From: a virus | Taxonomy: Duplodnaviria; Caudoviricetes | IMG/VR virus record: IMGVR_UViG_3300010400_000024 | Coordinates: 1 to 56,899 of that record | Direction: 5' to 3' (one strand) | DNA length: 56,899 nucleotides | Notes under the pieces: generated by a model | What the model saw: only the letters and a program-made list of their open reading frames with translations | Database searches by the model: none | What the model was told of the DNA's origin: nothing | Translations under genes and position numbers: made by a program | Shown: in pieces, positions 1 to 8,009 of the stretch | How the letters are laid out: each line of letters begins with the position of its first letter | How positions within the stretch are numbered: position 1 is the stretch's first letter

Positions 1-11
1 ACATTAAGATC

Positions 12-416
12 ATGCAAAACCCTGTTGTAGAAGTAAAAGGGCCAACGTTCCTCAATTGGGTACAAGTAGTTCAAAAGGTACTATCGAAAGAAGATATTGC
101 ATTCCATAAACGACATTACATTTGGGCATCTAAGCAACTTCTACGCAGATGGAAGCTGCTAGGTAATGTTAGTGCATGGACTTGTATTCACAGGCATGAA
201 GGTGCCTGGAATGATAGTGGTTCTCCTTATTGGGGAGGACTTCAAATGGATATTGGATTCCAAACAACTTATGGCAGCGATATGATTAACAAGTATCACG
301 GTTATGCTAATGTTTGGCATCCCTACGATCAAATGATCGTAGCTCAACGTGCTTACAGGAGTGGAAGAGGTTATTATCCTTGGCCCAATACTGCAAGGTA
401 TTGTGGTCTAATCTAA
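12..416 (+). CDS. Rpf-like (resuscitation-promoting factor) lytic transglycosylase; may be 5'-truncated at the window edge
   Basis: W-x-C-I-x-x-x-E (catalytic Glu) ... YWGGLQM ... Q-x-x-VA-x-R ... G-x-x-PWP-x-x-x-x-x-C, the Rpf/transglycosylase pattern; frame is open back to position 1. Confidence 0.8.
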   Translation: MQNPVVEVKGPTFLNWVQVVQKVLSKEDIAFHKRHYIWASKQLLRRWKLLGNVSAWTCIHRHEGAWNDSGSPYWGGLQMDIGFQTTYGSDMINKYHGYANVWHPYDQMIVAQRAYRSGRGYYPWPNTARYCGLI

Positions 417-425
417 GGAGTAAGA

Positions 426-563
426 ATGGATTTGCTACTTCTACTTGTTTTGGTTCTAGTTGTATTTGCAGTATTTGGTGGGCTAGTGCTTAGTAAGTTT
501 CTCTGGCTTCTATTGATTGTCGCACTACTAGTGTTTATCTTTAGTCGCCGCTCAACAGTATGA
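426..563 (+). CDS. small membrane protein (45 aa, two hydrophobic segments)
   Basis: AAGGAG RBS then MDLLLLLVLVLVVFAVFGGLVLSKFLWLLLIVALLVFIFSRRSTV; stop overlaps the next ATG; not in ORF track. Confidence 0.7.
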   Translation: MDLLLLLVLVLVVFAVFGGLVLSKFLWLLLIVALLVFIFSRRSTV

Positions 564-802
564 CTGAAGCATCTTATCCTCATCCAGTTAGCATTAGCGA
601 TGAAGCTATTGCTAAACTTCAAGTGGTAGATGACTTAACGCTTGAACCTTCTACCGTTGAGGATATGCGTCCTACGCAGGCATACAAAGATGCAGTACAA
701 GAAGTGATTGAGGCTAGACAAAGACAACCACACACTCAGAAGAAGGTACCACTAACAGAGGCTATTGATACTCACCTTGCTAGACGAGATATCACAAGAT
801 AA
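560..802 (+). CDS. hypothetical protein
   Basis: ORF coupled by ATGA overlap to the upstream gene. Confidence 0.6.
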   Translation: MTEASYPHPVSISDEAIAKLQVVDDLTLEPSTVEDMRPTQAYKDAVQEVIEARQRQPHTQKKVPLTEAIDTHLARRDITR

Positions 803-1244
803 CATCTGTCCTGTTTGTGGCAGGCTTGAAACGCTTGTTGAACAAGTCGGCTTTTGCCACTCTTGTTGCGTTAAAAGGAGTATATGTCCTTTTTGTGGCA
901 AGCAGGAGGCTAGAGTGGCAATCGCCGGCAAATGTAATTACTGCGCTAAGAACAGGTGGTTCATAGAAAACGCAGATGCAGTTGAGAACTACATGCGTAC
1001 TGGATTGACGTACAGTATGGCGGTTGTCAAAGTCATGTTTGATAATCGTCCTTTGTGTTTTGTATGTGGTGATAAGGTTAAGGGTAGTAGATGGAAGCGC
1101 GAGGACAACTTCTGTAACAAACAGTCTTGCAAACGCGAAGCCAGATACTACAAGTATCTAAGAATAGATAAGAACAAGACTAGACAACAAGCATTGGAGA
1201 TTATCAGTGAGCGAATCAACGCCAGAAGTAAACAAGTCGCTTGA
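765..1244 (+). CDS. Cys-rich zinc-finger protein
   Basis: multiple CxxC pairs (CPVC, CHSC, CPFC, CNYC, CFVC, CNKQSC). Confidence 0.6.
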   Translation: MILTLLDEISQDNICPVCGRLETLVEQVGFCHSCCVKRSICPFCGKQEARVAIAGKCNYCAKNRWFIENADAVENYMRTGLTYSMAVVKVMFDNRPLCFVCGDKVKGSRWKREDNFCNKQSCKREARYYKYLRIDKNKTRQQALEIISERINARSKQVA

Positions 1245-1422
1245 GAATGCAATGCGTGATGGAAACATTCCTCTCAAGGAACGAACTGAAAGCGGTAAGA
1301 CGATCACTTGCTACAACCCATCTTGTCCCGATTATAAACGGGAACGCCCTTACGACGAACCTTGTAGTTGTAAACGTACCACTATCAAATCACCGGGCGA
1401 TACAAGTAGTATGTACTTCTAA
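1207..1422 (+). CDS. small Cys-containing hypothetical protein
   Basis: CYNPSC...CSC; fits the operon. Confidence 0.5.
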   Translation: MSESTPEVNKSLENAMRDGNIPLKERTESGKTITCYNPSCPDYKRERPYDEPCSCKRTTIKSPGDTSSMYF

Positions 1423-1445
1423 GAAAGGAAAGGTGGCTCAAGAGC

Positions 1446-3059
1446 ATGAGCGCACTACCACTTAATAAACCAACGCCTGATAGAGTCATTGAGACTCCTG
1501 AATGGCAAATGCAGGATATTGATTATCTTGCATCTAAGCCCTATTCAGCCAATTGGTCTGAAATGGGTTGTTACAAGACTTCTACTGCTTTGTGGCTAGC
1601 GATGCGTAAGGTGCAAGGCATTGAAAATCCCTCCATCTTGTTTATCACTACTGCTGGTGGTAAAGGCACTTACTTTGATATGGTGCCTGAGATTCTCCCG
1701 AACTACACTTTGTTTAACGTTGGGACTCAGGGCATTAGTATTGTCCTTCCTGGCGGTAAGCAAGTTAAGGTGCAGAAGGAACTTCCTGACAGAATTGACG
1801 TTCCTCATATCATCTTGACACACTACCAAGTTTTCGCACGATGGAATCATAACAAGCTTGACCCTTGTATTGACTGTGAAGTGACAGGCATACAAAAGGT
1901 ACCAGGGATGGACTTGGAGATTATCTGTCCTACGTGTAATGGTGCCATGTTTGTCAAGAAGCCTCTGCTTATGGCAGACTACTTGAACAAGCATGAATGG
2001 GACTTTGTCGGTGTTGACGAGGCACATAGACTTAAGGGTAGAGAGACTAAATGGACGGTTGGCATCAAAAGGTTGAAGGCCAAGCATAAGCACATTATGA
2101 CTGGTACTGGCTTTATCAATCGTCCTGATGAAATCTGGTCTTTGCTTGACTTCCTAGCTAAAGGCCAGGATATGAACTTCGGCTCTTACAATCGCTTCGT
2201 GGAATACTTCTGCGAGATTGACGATTGGAGTGGCTATCGCAAGGTTGTGGGGGTTAAGGAAGATAAGAAGGACGAGTTTAGAACACTCGTTAGAGAGTAT
2301 GGAGTTAGGCGCACTCTCGATGAAGTAATGCCCCACATCAAGAAGGCGATTAAGGTTCGTAAAGATGTTGAGCTTTCAACGGTACAGAAGCGTATGTACA
2401 ATGAGATTAAGACTGAGTTAAAAGCACTCGATAAGAAGGGTGAACCATTCCACTCACCTAACGTCTTGTCTGCACTACAGAGGTTGCGGCAGATTTGTGT
2501 CGCCACTCCTGAAGTAGTAAAAGACGAGTACGATGAAAAGCTTGAGAAGCGTGTAATGAAGATCAAGCTGGTAGAGCCATCAAGTAAGCTAGACGAGTTG
2601 ATGGAACTAATCGACGGTATGGAGTGGGATGATGATAACAGGCAACAACTAGTGGTCTTTAGTAACTTCCGTGATCCGCTGGAACTACTGAAGGTAAGAC
2701 TAGAGAAGGCTAATATCCCTTACATTCATATGGATACGAGTGATGATGAAGAGACTAGATACAAGAAGTGGCATGATGAGTTTCCGAAGAAGGAACATCA
2801 AATCTTCATGTCAACTCTCCAATTGGGTGGAGAAAGTATTAATCTCACCAGTGCCCAACACGTTTGCTTCCTTGATAGGTCTTGGAGTCCCAAAGACAAC
2901 AATCAGGGTATTGGTAGAGTTAGACGCCCTGGACAATCGGGTGAGCCAGTTGTTATCAATATTGAAGCAAAGGGAACTACAGATCAGAAGCTAGAGAGGG
3001 TTAACGCAGAGAAGGAAGGTTGGTTCAATGAAATCTTCGGTGACGAAGATGAGATTTAA
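1446..3059 (+). CDS. SNF2-family (SF2) helicase
   Basis: EMGCYKT Walker A variant, VDEAH, MTGT, motif V GGESINL, motif VI QGIGRVRRPGQ. Confidence 0.9.
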   Translation: MSALPLNKPTPDRVIETPEWQMQDIDYLASKPYSANWSEMGCYKTSTALWLAMRKVQGIENPSILFITTAGGKGTYFDMVPEILPNYTLFNVGTQGISIVLPGGKQVKVQKELPDRIDVPHIILTHYQVFARWNHNKLDPCIDCEVTGIQKVPGMDLEIICPTCNGAMFVKKPLLMADYLNKHEWDFVGVDEAHRLKGRETKWTVGIKRLKAKHKHIMTGTGFINRPDEIWSLLDFLAKGQDMNFGSYNRFVEYFCEIDDWSGYRKVVGVKEDKKDEFRTLVREYGVRRTLDEVMPHIKKAIKVRKDVELSTVQKRMYNEIKTELKALDKKGEPFHSPNVLSALQRLRQICVATPEVVKDEYDEKLEKRVMKIKLVEPSSKLDELMELIDGMEWDDDNRQQLVVFSNFRDPLELLKVRLEKANIPYIHMDTSDDEETRYKKWHDEFPKKEHQIFMSTLQLGGESINLTSAQHVCFLDRSWSPKDNNQGIGRVRRPGQSGEPVVINIEAKGTTDQKLERVNAEKEGWFNEIFGDEDEI

Positions 3060-3726
3060 ACTAACACTGGTGGCAGTAGTGATGTTGTTTGTCACTACTG
3101 CTGCCAACTGGCCTGACCCTCGTTTGGATGCTATCTCATCTAAACTAGCAACACACAATAGTCCTGTCTACTGTGAGAATGATCCAACAGAGTGGAACAA
3201 TTGGGAAGTGATGCTAGGTAGACAGCCTAACACTACAGGCGGATTTACTTGGCATCCTGGTATTAGTGCAAGACGGCATCCATTCTTTATGCAGTTTGAT
3301 CCTAACACTGTATACATAGGCCCGGAAGCTTGCGGTGGTCTACATGCTATCCTTACTGACACCACTGTAATTACAGCTAACTACGAAGCTTATGGTATTG
3401 GTGTATTGATCCATGAAGATATGCATCAGGCTTTAAACTCTAACGATGAAGGACTGGTAGAGTGTACTGCGTACCGTCAGTTTAAAGACGTTACTGTCAA
3501 CTACTTCAATGTTCCTCTTACCACTACGATTGTAGTACCTTACACTGTTAGAACGATCAAGTATTACTACAAGCGGGTTAAGGGTAAGAGAGTTCGTAAG
3601 CACAAAGTTGTCTACGTTCTCAAGTATCGTACAGACACGATAGACAATCCTTTCTTGTTTACTCTAATCCGTGATGAGGATTTTCAACACAGTAACATGC
3701 CTCCCGCGTATAGAACTTATTGCTAA
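3049..3726 (+). CDS. secreted HExxH metallopeptidase-like protein
   Basis: signal peptide MRFKLTLVAVVMLFVTTAA; LIHEDMHQ..DEGLVEC zincin-like motif. Confidence 0.55.
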   Translation: MRFKLTLVAVVMLFVTTAANWPDPRLDAISSKLATHNSPVYCENDPTEWNNWEVMLGRQPNTTGGFTWHPGISARRHPFFMQFDPNTVYIGPEACGGLHAILTDTTVITANYEAYGIGVLIHEDMHQALNSNDEGLVECTAYRQFKDVTVNYFNVPLTTTIVVPYTVRTIKYYYKRVKGKRVRKHKVVYVLKYRTDTIDNPFLFTLIRDEDFQHSNMPPAYRTYC

Positions 3727-3920
3727 TGCACATCAACGATCACCCCGACCACGATCATCGTTACATGAAGTGGTGTGAACACTTGAACGTACAAGAAATT
3801 TCTACGTTCGGTCAAGGCGTAACGCACTACATCTGTGAGGATTGTGGAGCCACTTGTCTTATAGGACAAGCCGAAAACTGGATGCCTAATCTAACAGGCA
3901 CACGAATACAGGAGAGTTAA
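3720..3920 (+). CDS. hypothetical protein with putative zinc ribbon
   Basis: CEH...CEDCG. Confidence 0.5.
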   Translation: MLMHINDHPDHDHRYMKWCEHLNVQEISTFGQGVTHYICEDCGATCLIGQAENWMPNLTGTRIQES

Positions 3921-4025
3921 ATGAGTAACTGGGCTTGGCCGATTGCGACCGTTATCAGCGTTACGGTGGTATCCGCGGCAACGTGCTTTGTGTTCTATTT
4001 GGCTAATCGGGATAAAGAGGATTAA
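3921..4025 (+). CDS. small single-TM peptide (34 aa)
   Basis: AGGAG RBS; MSNWAWPIATVISVTVVSAATCFVFYLANRDKED. Confidence 0.6.
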   Translation: MSNWAWPIATVISVTVVSAATCFVFYLANRDKED

Positions 4026-4031
4026 TCCTGC

Positions 4032-4060
4032 TTGACTTTTGGTTCGGTTTGTGGTAGGGT
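4032..4060 (+). promoter_or_regulatory. sigma70/HrdB-type promoter with extended -10
   Basis: TTGACT-N17-TAGGGT, TG at the extended -10 position. Confidence 0.7.
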
Positions 4061-4080
4061 GCTCTAGCTTGACAGGCGCT

Positions 4081-4122
4081 AGGGAGAGTAGAAGGGTAGT
4101 TCCCTATAACACTACTCTCCCT
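4081..4122 (+). promoter_or_regulatory. 5' leader hairpin upstream of the exonuclease gene
   Basis: AGGGAGAGTAG/CTACTCTCCCT 11-bp stem, followed by AATCACACA motif at 4126. Confidence 0.55.
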
Positions 4123-4164
4123 CTTAATCACACACCCCGTCCAGAGTAGCGACGGAAGGAAAAT

Positions 4165-5472
4165 ATGAGTACAACAACTAATGAAATAGTCATCCCTAGT
4201 AAGTGGGATATCATACCCATTCATACTAGCGATAGAGAAACGTTTAAGAACTGTCGTCGTAGATGGGACTGGTCAAGTCCTGCTAGACGTAACTTGGTAC
4301 GCAAGGTTAGAGTTAGTGGCGTGATTATGCCGCTATGGTTTGGTACAGGAATTCACGTTGGATTGCAACGTTACTACAATCCTGTATTGAGTGAAGACCC
4401 TGTTAAAGTTTTTGAAGATTGGTACAACACTGAGTGGAATGGTGGTTACGTTCATTACAACGATCTAGATCAATACGCTGATCGTGACCCTAAGCCTCAT
4501 GGTATTGAACAATACTATGACGTAAACACAGGAATGTTCGTACCCGCTATGTGGTTCGTTAAGGGTCTAAGTGAACTTCTGCCTGATCCCGATGAAGAAC
4601 TGTTTGAAGAGCATAGGGTATTGGGGATTGGTATGCTCACCTTCTACAAGGACTACGCTAAACGTGAAGATAACTTCCGTGTAGTTAGTGTTGAGCAGAC
4701 ATTCAGTGTACCTATCCGTGATCCTAATGGTGAGATTGTTAAGATGGTAGATAGTAGGCGTATGCCTAAAGAGTGGATAAGTGATAAGCCTGCTGCTTAT
4801 CTAGGTATGCCGAAGGAAGTACATGCTAGAGGTAGGCGCGATGCTATCGTTCAGGACAATGAGACTGGTAAGTACGGTATTATTGACCATAAGACGGCAG
4901 CTAAGATTAACGATGACTACTTTAGGCATCTAGACTTGGATGAACAATGCACTACATATTTGTGGACTGGTGAGGAAGAAGCAAAGATTTACGATCGAGA
5001 GTGGAAATCACTTGACTTCATTATCTACAATGCTTTGCGGAAGAACTTTCCTAAACCCCCCACAATGCTTAAGAAGGGTACGCCTAGTCTCGATAAGACT
5101 AAGGAAAGCCCTACTGCTGAAATGTTTATGAAGTGCATTAAGGACAATGGGTTGGAAATGGTGTTAGAAGGTTCTGAGCAAATGCAGAACTACTACACCT
5201 ATTTGTTGGAGCAAGGTGACAAGCTATTCATTCAACGTGGTGCGCCTGGATTGCCCTATGTTACTCGTAACAAGGCACAGAGGGCTAATGCTGGTAGAAG
5301 GCTGTACTACGAAGCGATGGATATGCTCTACAATCCTAACATCTATCCTAACCCAACTAAGAACTACAGTTGCTTGAACTGCATCTTTAGGGCACCTTGC
5401 TTGATGGCAGAAGATGGTAGCGACTACGAAGCTATGCTAGAAGATAGCTATCAGGCTAACTATGATCGTTAA
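4165..5472 (+). CDS. PD-(D/E)XK RecB/Cas4-like exonuclease
   Basis: FKNCRRRW, FGTGIH, VEQTF, GRRDAIV, IIDHKT, C-terminal CLNCIFRAPC. Confidence 0.85.
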   Translation: MSTTTNEIVIPSKWDIIPIHTSDRETFKNCRRRWDWSSPARRNLVRKVRVSGVIMPLWFGTGIHVGLQRYYNPVLSEDPVKVFEDWYNTEWNGGYVHYNDLDQYADRDPKPHGIEQYYDVNTGMFVPAMWFVKGLSELLPDPDEELFEEHRVLGIGMLTFYKDYAKREDNFRVVSVEQTFSVPIRDPNGEIVKMVDSRRMPKEWISDKPAAYLGMPKEVHARGRRDAIVQDNETGKYGIIDHKTAAKINDDYFRHLDLDEQCTTYLWTGEEEAKIYDREWKSLDFIIYNALRKNFPKPPTMLKKGTPSLDKTKESPTAEMFMKCIKDNGLEMVLEGSEQMQNYYTYLLEQGDKLFIQRGAPGLPYVTRNKAQRANAGRRLYYEAMDMLYNPNIYPNPTKNYSCLNCIFRAPCLMAEDGSDYEAMLEDSYQANYDR

Positions 5473-5635
5473 TTTTACTAATCTAGTTAACGGCACTAGT
5501 ATCTCACTAGATGTTTCTATAGTACCACGAATAGATGACAACTGGATACTGCCGCAGTTAGGTTGGGTAAAAATCACCCGAGTAGAAATAGATGTTAGAG
5601 ACGAGGTAATGAATATCGCGGTGTTGTGTAAATGA
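5462..5635 (+). CDS. hypothetical protein (57 aa)
   Basis: ORF MIVNFTNLVNG... filling the gap, overlapping both neighbours. Confidence 0.5.
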   Translation: MIVNFTNLVNGTSISLDVSIVPRIDDNWILPQLGWVKITRVEIDVRDEVMNIAVLCK

Positions 5636-5967
5636 CCGTTGAGATTAAAGACCCGATTCAAGCTGCTGGCCTTGGTATGATAGAGTTGCCAAGGTCAGTA
5701 ACGCCCGATGAAGGTGATAGTCAGTACGAAGGGTATTACTACCTAAAGACGGATGAATACTTCTGCACTTGTAGGCAGCGTCCTTGGCGTTATCTTCACT
5801 TCGACAAGAAGGTCATTGTTTGGCCTACTAACGATGACATTGCTCTGTTGAAGAACGCACAAAACCTCAAAGATAGCGGGTTTAATCCTAAGATCGTTGA
5901 GTACAATGTAATGCTTGGTAAGGCTATTCCTTGGGATGATATCCCTCATGGGTCAGACCTAGTATGA
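5632..5967 (+). CDS. hypothetical protein
   Basis: ORF in operon. Confidence 0.6.
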   Translation: MTVEIKDPIQAAGLGMIELPRSVTPDEGDSQYEGYYYLKTDEYFCTCRQRPWRYLHFDKKVIVWPTNDDIALLKNAQNLKDSGFNPKIVEYNVMLGKAIPWDDIPHGSDLV

Positions 5968-6121
5968 CCGAGGAAGTTTATACCGATGGTGATTTGTTGG
6001 CTCAGATAGAAGCTGAAAGTGAAACAGCTATAAGCCTTGGAATGATTAACCATCCCTCTACCGTTAAAGTTCTGCTTGAAGGATTTATTAGAAAGATTGA
6101 AAAGCAGCGTAATGGCATTAA

Positions 6122-6373
6122 GTGGTGGGAAGAATGACTAGTGTACCCCTAGACGTTAATGCGATCAAGGCACTACTTGGTAATGATGAGAAGAAGCGTC
6201 AACTACCTCCGCAAGTAGGGCCGATCAAGTGGTACGATAAGGAAATGCGTTGTGCTAGTAGAGGGTGTGGTAGTCCAACGTACATTAAGTTTCAAGGCAT
6301 ACCTAACTGCATGATACATACGCTTAGACTTGCTAACGAATTGATGGTGGAACATGAAATCGGTACTAGCTAG
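6122..6373 (+). CDS. hypothetical protein (CxxxxC ... CxxH)
   Basis: ORF in operon; start may be ATG 6135-6137. Confidence 0.55.
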   Translation: MVGRMTSVPLDVNAIKALLGNDEKKRQLPPQVGPIKWYDKEMRCASRGCGSPTYIKFQGIPNCMIHTLRLANELMVEHEIGTS

Positions 6374-6575
6374 TCTCGTTAAACTCAACGGGCCTAGTGA
6401 GACGTTTCCTTACGCTCTAGTAGGTAGACCACTTCCTAACTTCATTCCTAGCGAGTGTACGGTAACAGGAGAAATTCATGTTCTCTTAACTGTTGCTGAG
6501 GATGCTAAGGTTGAAGCTGAATACGATTGGCATCATCAAATGATGGGATGGAAATTGAGAGGGGGTGATAACTAA
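6354..6575 (+). CDS. hypothetical protein
   Basis: ORF in operon. Confidence 0.55.
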   Translation: MKSVLASLVKLNGPSETFPYALVGRPLPNFIPSECTVTGEIHVLLTVAEDAKVEAEYDWHHQMMGWKLRGGDN

Positions 6576-7384
6576 TCGAAGCAGCAACCGTACCGCCTGC
6601 GGCTGATAGTATCCGTGATAAGTTGCAGGTTCAATCTCCCGAGGACGTTGTTCCGTACATTAACCTGCTTATCTATGGTGAGCCGGGTGCGGGTAAAACG
6701 TTTTTCTGCTCAACTGCACAGGATATCGAAGAAACGAAACCTATCTTGTTTGTTGACGTAGAAGGGGGAGTGCTTACAATCCGAAAGAGGCCAGATATCG
6801 ACGTTAAGGCCGTTAGAAGTATCAAGGACGTTGAAGATGTGCATAACATGATCTTCAAAGACCCTTCTTATTATCGAACGGTAATCGTAGATAGTCTGTC
6901 TGAGTTGCAGAAGCTCGATATGAGATTCGTGATGAATCATGAGAAGCAAAATTCTTCTAATCCTGATCGTGTTGATATCGACACTCCAACGCAGAGAGCA
7001 TGGGGTAAGTCAGGAGAACGTATTAGAAGGATTGTTCGCGCGTTCAGAGACTTGCCTTGTAACACGATTATGACAACGTTGGTCAGTACGGAGTACGAAG
7101 AAGATGATAAGGGTAAAGAGGATAAGAGCAAAGTTCGTTTGTTCTATCCTATGCTCCCTGGTAAACTCCGTGGTGAGATACCGGGCTATTTCGATGTTGT
7201 AGGTTTCTTGCAAGCTGACGCGGATAGGTCAGGTAATATCAAGCGAACTCTCCAAGTTGCAAAGACAAAGAGAGTGGTTGCTAAGGATCGTACCGGAAGT
7301 CTCGGTTTGGTTGTTAATGAACCTTCAATACCGATAATATGGAATATGATTCATAGTGACGAAAAGGTCATGAGCAGTACCTAA
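6575..7384 (+). CDS. Sak4-like / AAA_24 ATPase (ssDNA-annealing recombinase); start ATC 6575 or TTG 6623
   Basis: LIYGEPGAGKT Walker A, VDVEGG, VIVDSLSELQ Walker B, AKDR; adjacent to exonuclease and SSB. Confidence 0.85.
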   Translation: MEAATVPPAADSIRDKLQVQSPEDVVPYINLLIYGEPGAGKTFFCSTAQDIEETKPILFVDVEGGVLTIRKRPDIDVKAVRSIKDVEDVHNMIFKDPSYYRTVIVDSLSELQKLDMRFVMNHEKQNSSNPDRVDIDTPTQRAWGKSGERIRRIVRAFRDLPCNTIMTTLVSTEYEEDDKGKEDKSKVRLFYPMLPGKLRGEIPGYFDVVGFLQADADRSGNIKRTLQVAKTKRVVAKDRTGSLGLVVNEPSIPIIWNMIHSDEKVMSST

Positions 7385-7398
7385 CTTAAGGAGTTACT

Positions 7399-7905
7399 TT
7401 GTCTGACGATACAATGGGGCCACTCGATCTTTCAGGTGCCGATCTTACTGGCTTTGACCCTGTACCATCAGGTCAGTATAAGGTAGAGGTGTTTGAGTTC
7501 AAGCCCGTTAAGATTGACAAGGAAGATGGTAAGCTTCCCGAAGGTACACCCGGCTATGCAGTTCAGCTTAAGGTAGTCGGTGATACCGAAGGCGCAGAAG
7601 GTGAGGACTACGAGTATTTCAATCGTAGAGTGTTTACTCGCTTCTACCTTCCCGGTGGAGATTACGATAAGAGTAAGGCCGCTCGTATGAAGGGAATGTT
7701 CGTTAAGTTCCTTCTCGCTGTCGGTTACGATGAAGCCGAAGTAACGGGTGGAGCGTTCTCTGTTGATCCTGATGATGTTGTTGATCGTGAGTGCGTTGCT
7801 ACTCTTGGCATTCAGCCTGAACAGGGTGGCTATCCTGCACAGAATAAGGTCAACAGCTTTAAGTCGCTACAGGAGGTTGCTGCTAGTAGCTCAGGGTTGA
7901 TCTAA
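7399..7905 (+). CDS. DUF669-like single-stranded DNA-binding protein
   Basis: FDPVPSGQYKVEV N-terminus, NKVNSF C-terminus, acidic; follows Sak4-like gene; AAGGAG RBS. Confidence 0.7.
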   Translation: MSDDTMGPLDLSGADLTGFDPVPSGQYKVEVFEFKPVKIDKEDGKLPEGTPGYAVQLKVVGDTEGAEGEDYEYFNRRVFTRFYLPGGDYDKSKAARMKGMFVKFLLAVGYDEAEVTGGAFSVDPDDVVDRECVATLGIQPEQGGYPAQNKVNSFKSLQEVAASSSGLI

Positions 7906-7907
7906 AG

Positions 7908-8000
7908 ACTAGCTGGCTTTTCTACGGCGAAAGTACCAGCTAGTAAAGGGGGAGTAGTTTACGCTATCGTGCCGAAACGACCGTGTGACTACTCCCCCTT
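7908..8000 (+). ncRNA. tandem hairpin element between SSB and primase genes
   Basis: ACTAGCTGG/CCAGCTAGT and AAGGGGGAGTAGT/ACTACTCCCCCTT stems; loops GGCGAAA and GCCGAA. Confidence 0.55.
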
Positions 8001-8009
8001 ATCTAACCT

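Noticed and set aside
4165-5472. Cas4 as evidence of a CRISPR system
   Set aside because: Context (Sak4-like ATPase, SSB) indicates a phage recombination exonuclease; no array or other cas genes.
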